This document shows, piece by piece, positions 63,248-64,000 of a stretch of 64,000 nucleotides of DNA. Within the stretch, counting starts at the first letter, position 1. Every line of letters begins with the position of its first letter. This DNA comes from Lophium mytilinum (taxonomy: Eukaryota), in the NCBI GenBank assembly GCA_010093605.1, contig MU004199.1, positions 248,001 through 312,000 of the forward strand, in the 5' to 3' direction. The notes beneath the pieces are model-generated. The model had not been told where the DNA came from, made no database searches, and worked only from the letters and a program-made list of their open reading frames with translations. Made by a program: the position numbers and the translations under genes.

Positions 63248-64000
63248 TTAATTCCCACCCCCCCTCCTCCTCCCTCCTCTCAAACTCGGCCCAAACCCAT
63301 CCTCATCCTCACTCCCCCTCCCCCCCAACCCCTGCGCCGCTCTCAACGCCTTCCCCCGCTCCCTCGCCCGCTCCTCCGCCGCCGCCTTCTCCTGCGCCTC
63401 CGCAATCACCCTCGCGCCCCGCTGCCTCAACGACTCCCTCCTCGAAACCCCCGGCGACGACGGCGTCGACGGCGGCTGCTGCGCGTACGCCGACCTCGAC
63501 GGCGGCGGCCCATGCGGTGGTGCCGGCTGGGTCGTATCGATCGACAGATCCGGCGGCGCGGGCTGGTGGATCGACACCCTACGGCTCCTACTCGGCGGGC
63601 GTTGCGACGACACGCTCCCCCTCCTCCCTAGCCCGAACCCGCCATCCATCCCATCCCGTGGTGGTAGAGGCGGGCCGGTGACACTGCCCCGTCGACTCCG
63701 CATCCCAGCCGGCGGTGCGTCCATCATCGGCGACCCCACTCCCCCAGCAGTGTTGTAGACGTTAGCCTGCCGCATCTCCCCCCTGGGGTCCCAGTACTCC
63801 GGCCGCTGCTGGCGGGCACGCAGCTGCTGCGCGCGCTCGTCGCGGTCGCGGTGAGCGGCGGCGACGCGTTCGGCTTCCATGATGGCGGCGGTTTCGGCGA
63901 GGGCGAGCTCGTATTCTTTCGTTGCGATCGAGACGGACGAGCGTTTGCTAGGTTTCGGTTGGTGAGAAAACGACTCCGGGCGCGAGGGCTGGGAAACGGA
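63248..64000 (-). CDS. 3' part of an Arg/Pro/Ser-rich protein running off the right edge
   Basis: The frame of ORF 63248-63880 stays open to position 64000. GC-rich codon usage and repeated RRGSV/RRVSI/RRES motifs. Confidence 0.7.
   Translation of the reverse strand, partial: SVSQPSRPESFSHQPKPSKRSSVSIATKEYELALAETAAIMEAERVAAAHRDRDERAQQLRARQQRPEYWDPRGEMRQANVYNTAGGVGSPMMDAPPAGMRSRRGSVTGPPLPPRDGMDGGFGLGRRGSVSSQRPPSRSRRVSIHQPAPPDLSIDTTQPAPPHGPPPSRSAYAQQPPSTPSSPGVSRRESLRQRGARVIAEAQEKAAAEERARERGKALRAAQGLGGRGSEDEDGFGPSLRGGRRRGGGN

Overview
Eukaryotic DNA from a filamentous ascomycete, shown by GT-AG introns with CTRAY branch points, RIP-type TpA-rich patches and fungal gene families. A conserved core block (BBC1/MTI1-like SH3 protein, RTR1/RPAP2, mitochondrial ribosomal MRP51) lies at 24.5-31.6 kb. 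It is followed by a divergent MFS transporter / 2OG-Fe(II) dioxygenase pair, two tandem F-box paralogues, a secreted SGNH hydrolase with a Cys-rich tail and a sugar porter. The left ~23 kb and 43-48 kb are accessory-like: orphan genes, pseudogenes with RIP-type stops, and several degenerate tandem arrays. The most unusual observations are three. (i) Non-coding arrays with fixed periods of ~107, ~152 and ~253 bp share one ~18-23 bp core motif, and the two 152-bp arrays are inverted around two orphan genes. (ii) Two convergent orphan genes share an unrecognised domain, one of them with a chromodomain-like N-terminus, next to a C2HC zinc-finger gene. (iii) A MITE has CACAGTG termini and a 4-bp target-site duplication. 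All calls were made by eye, without database searches.
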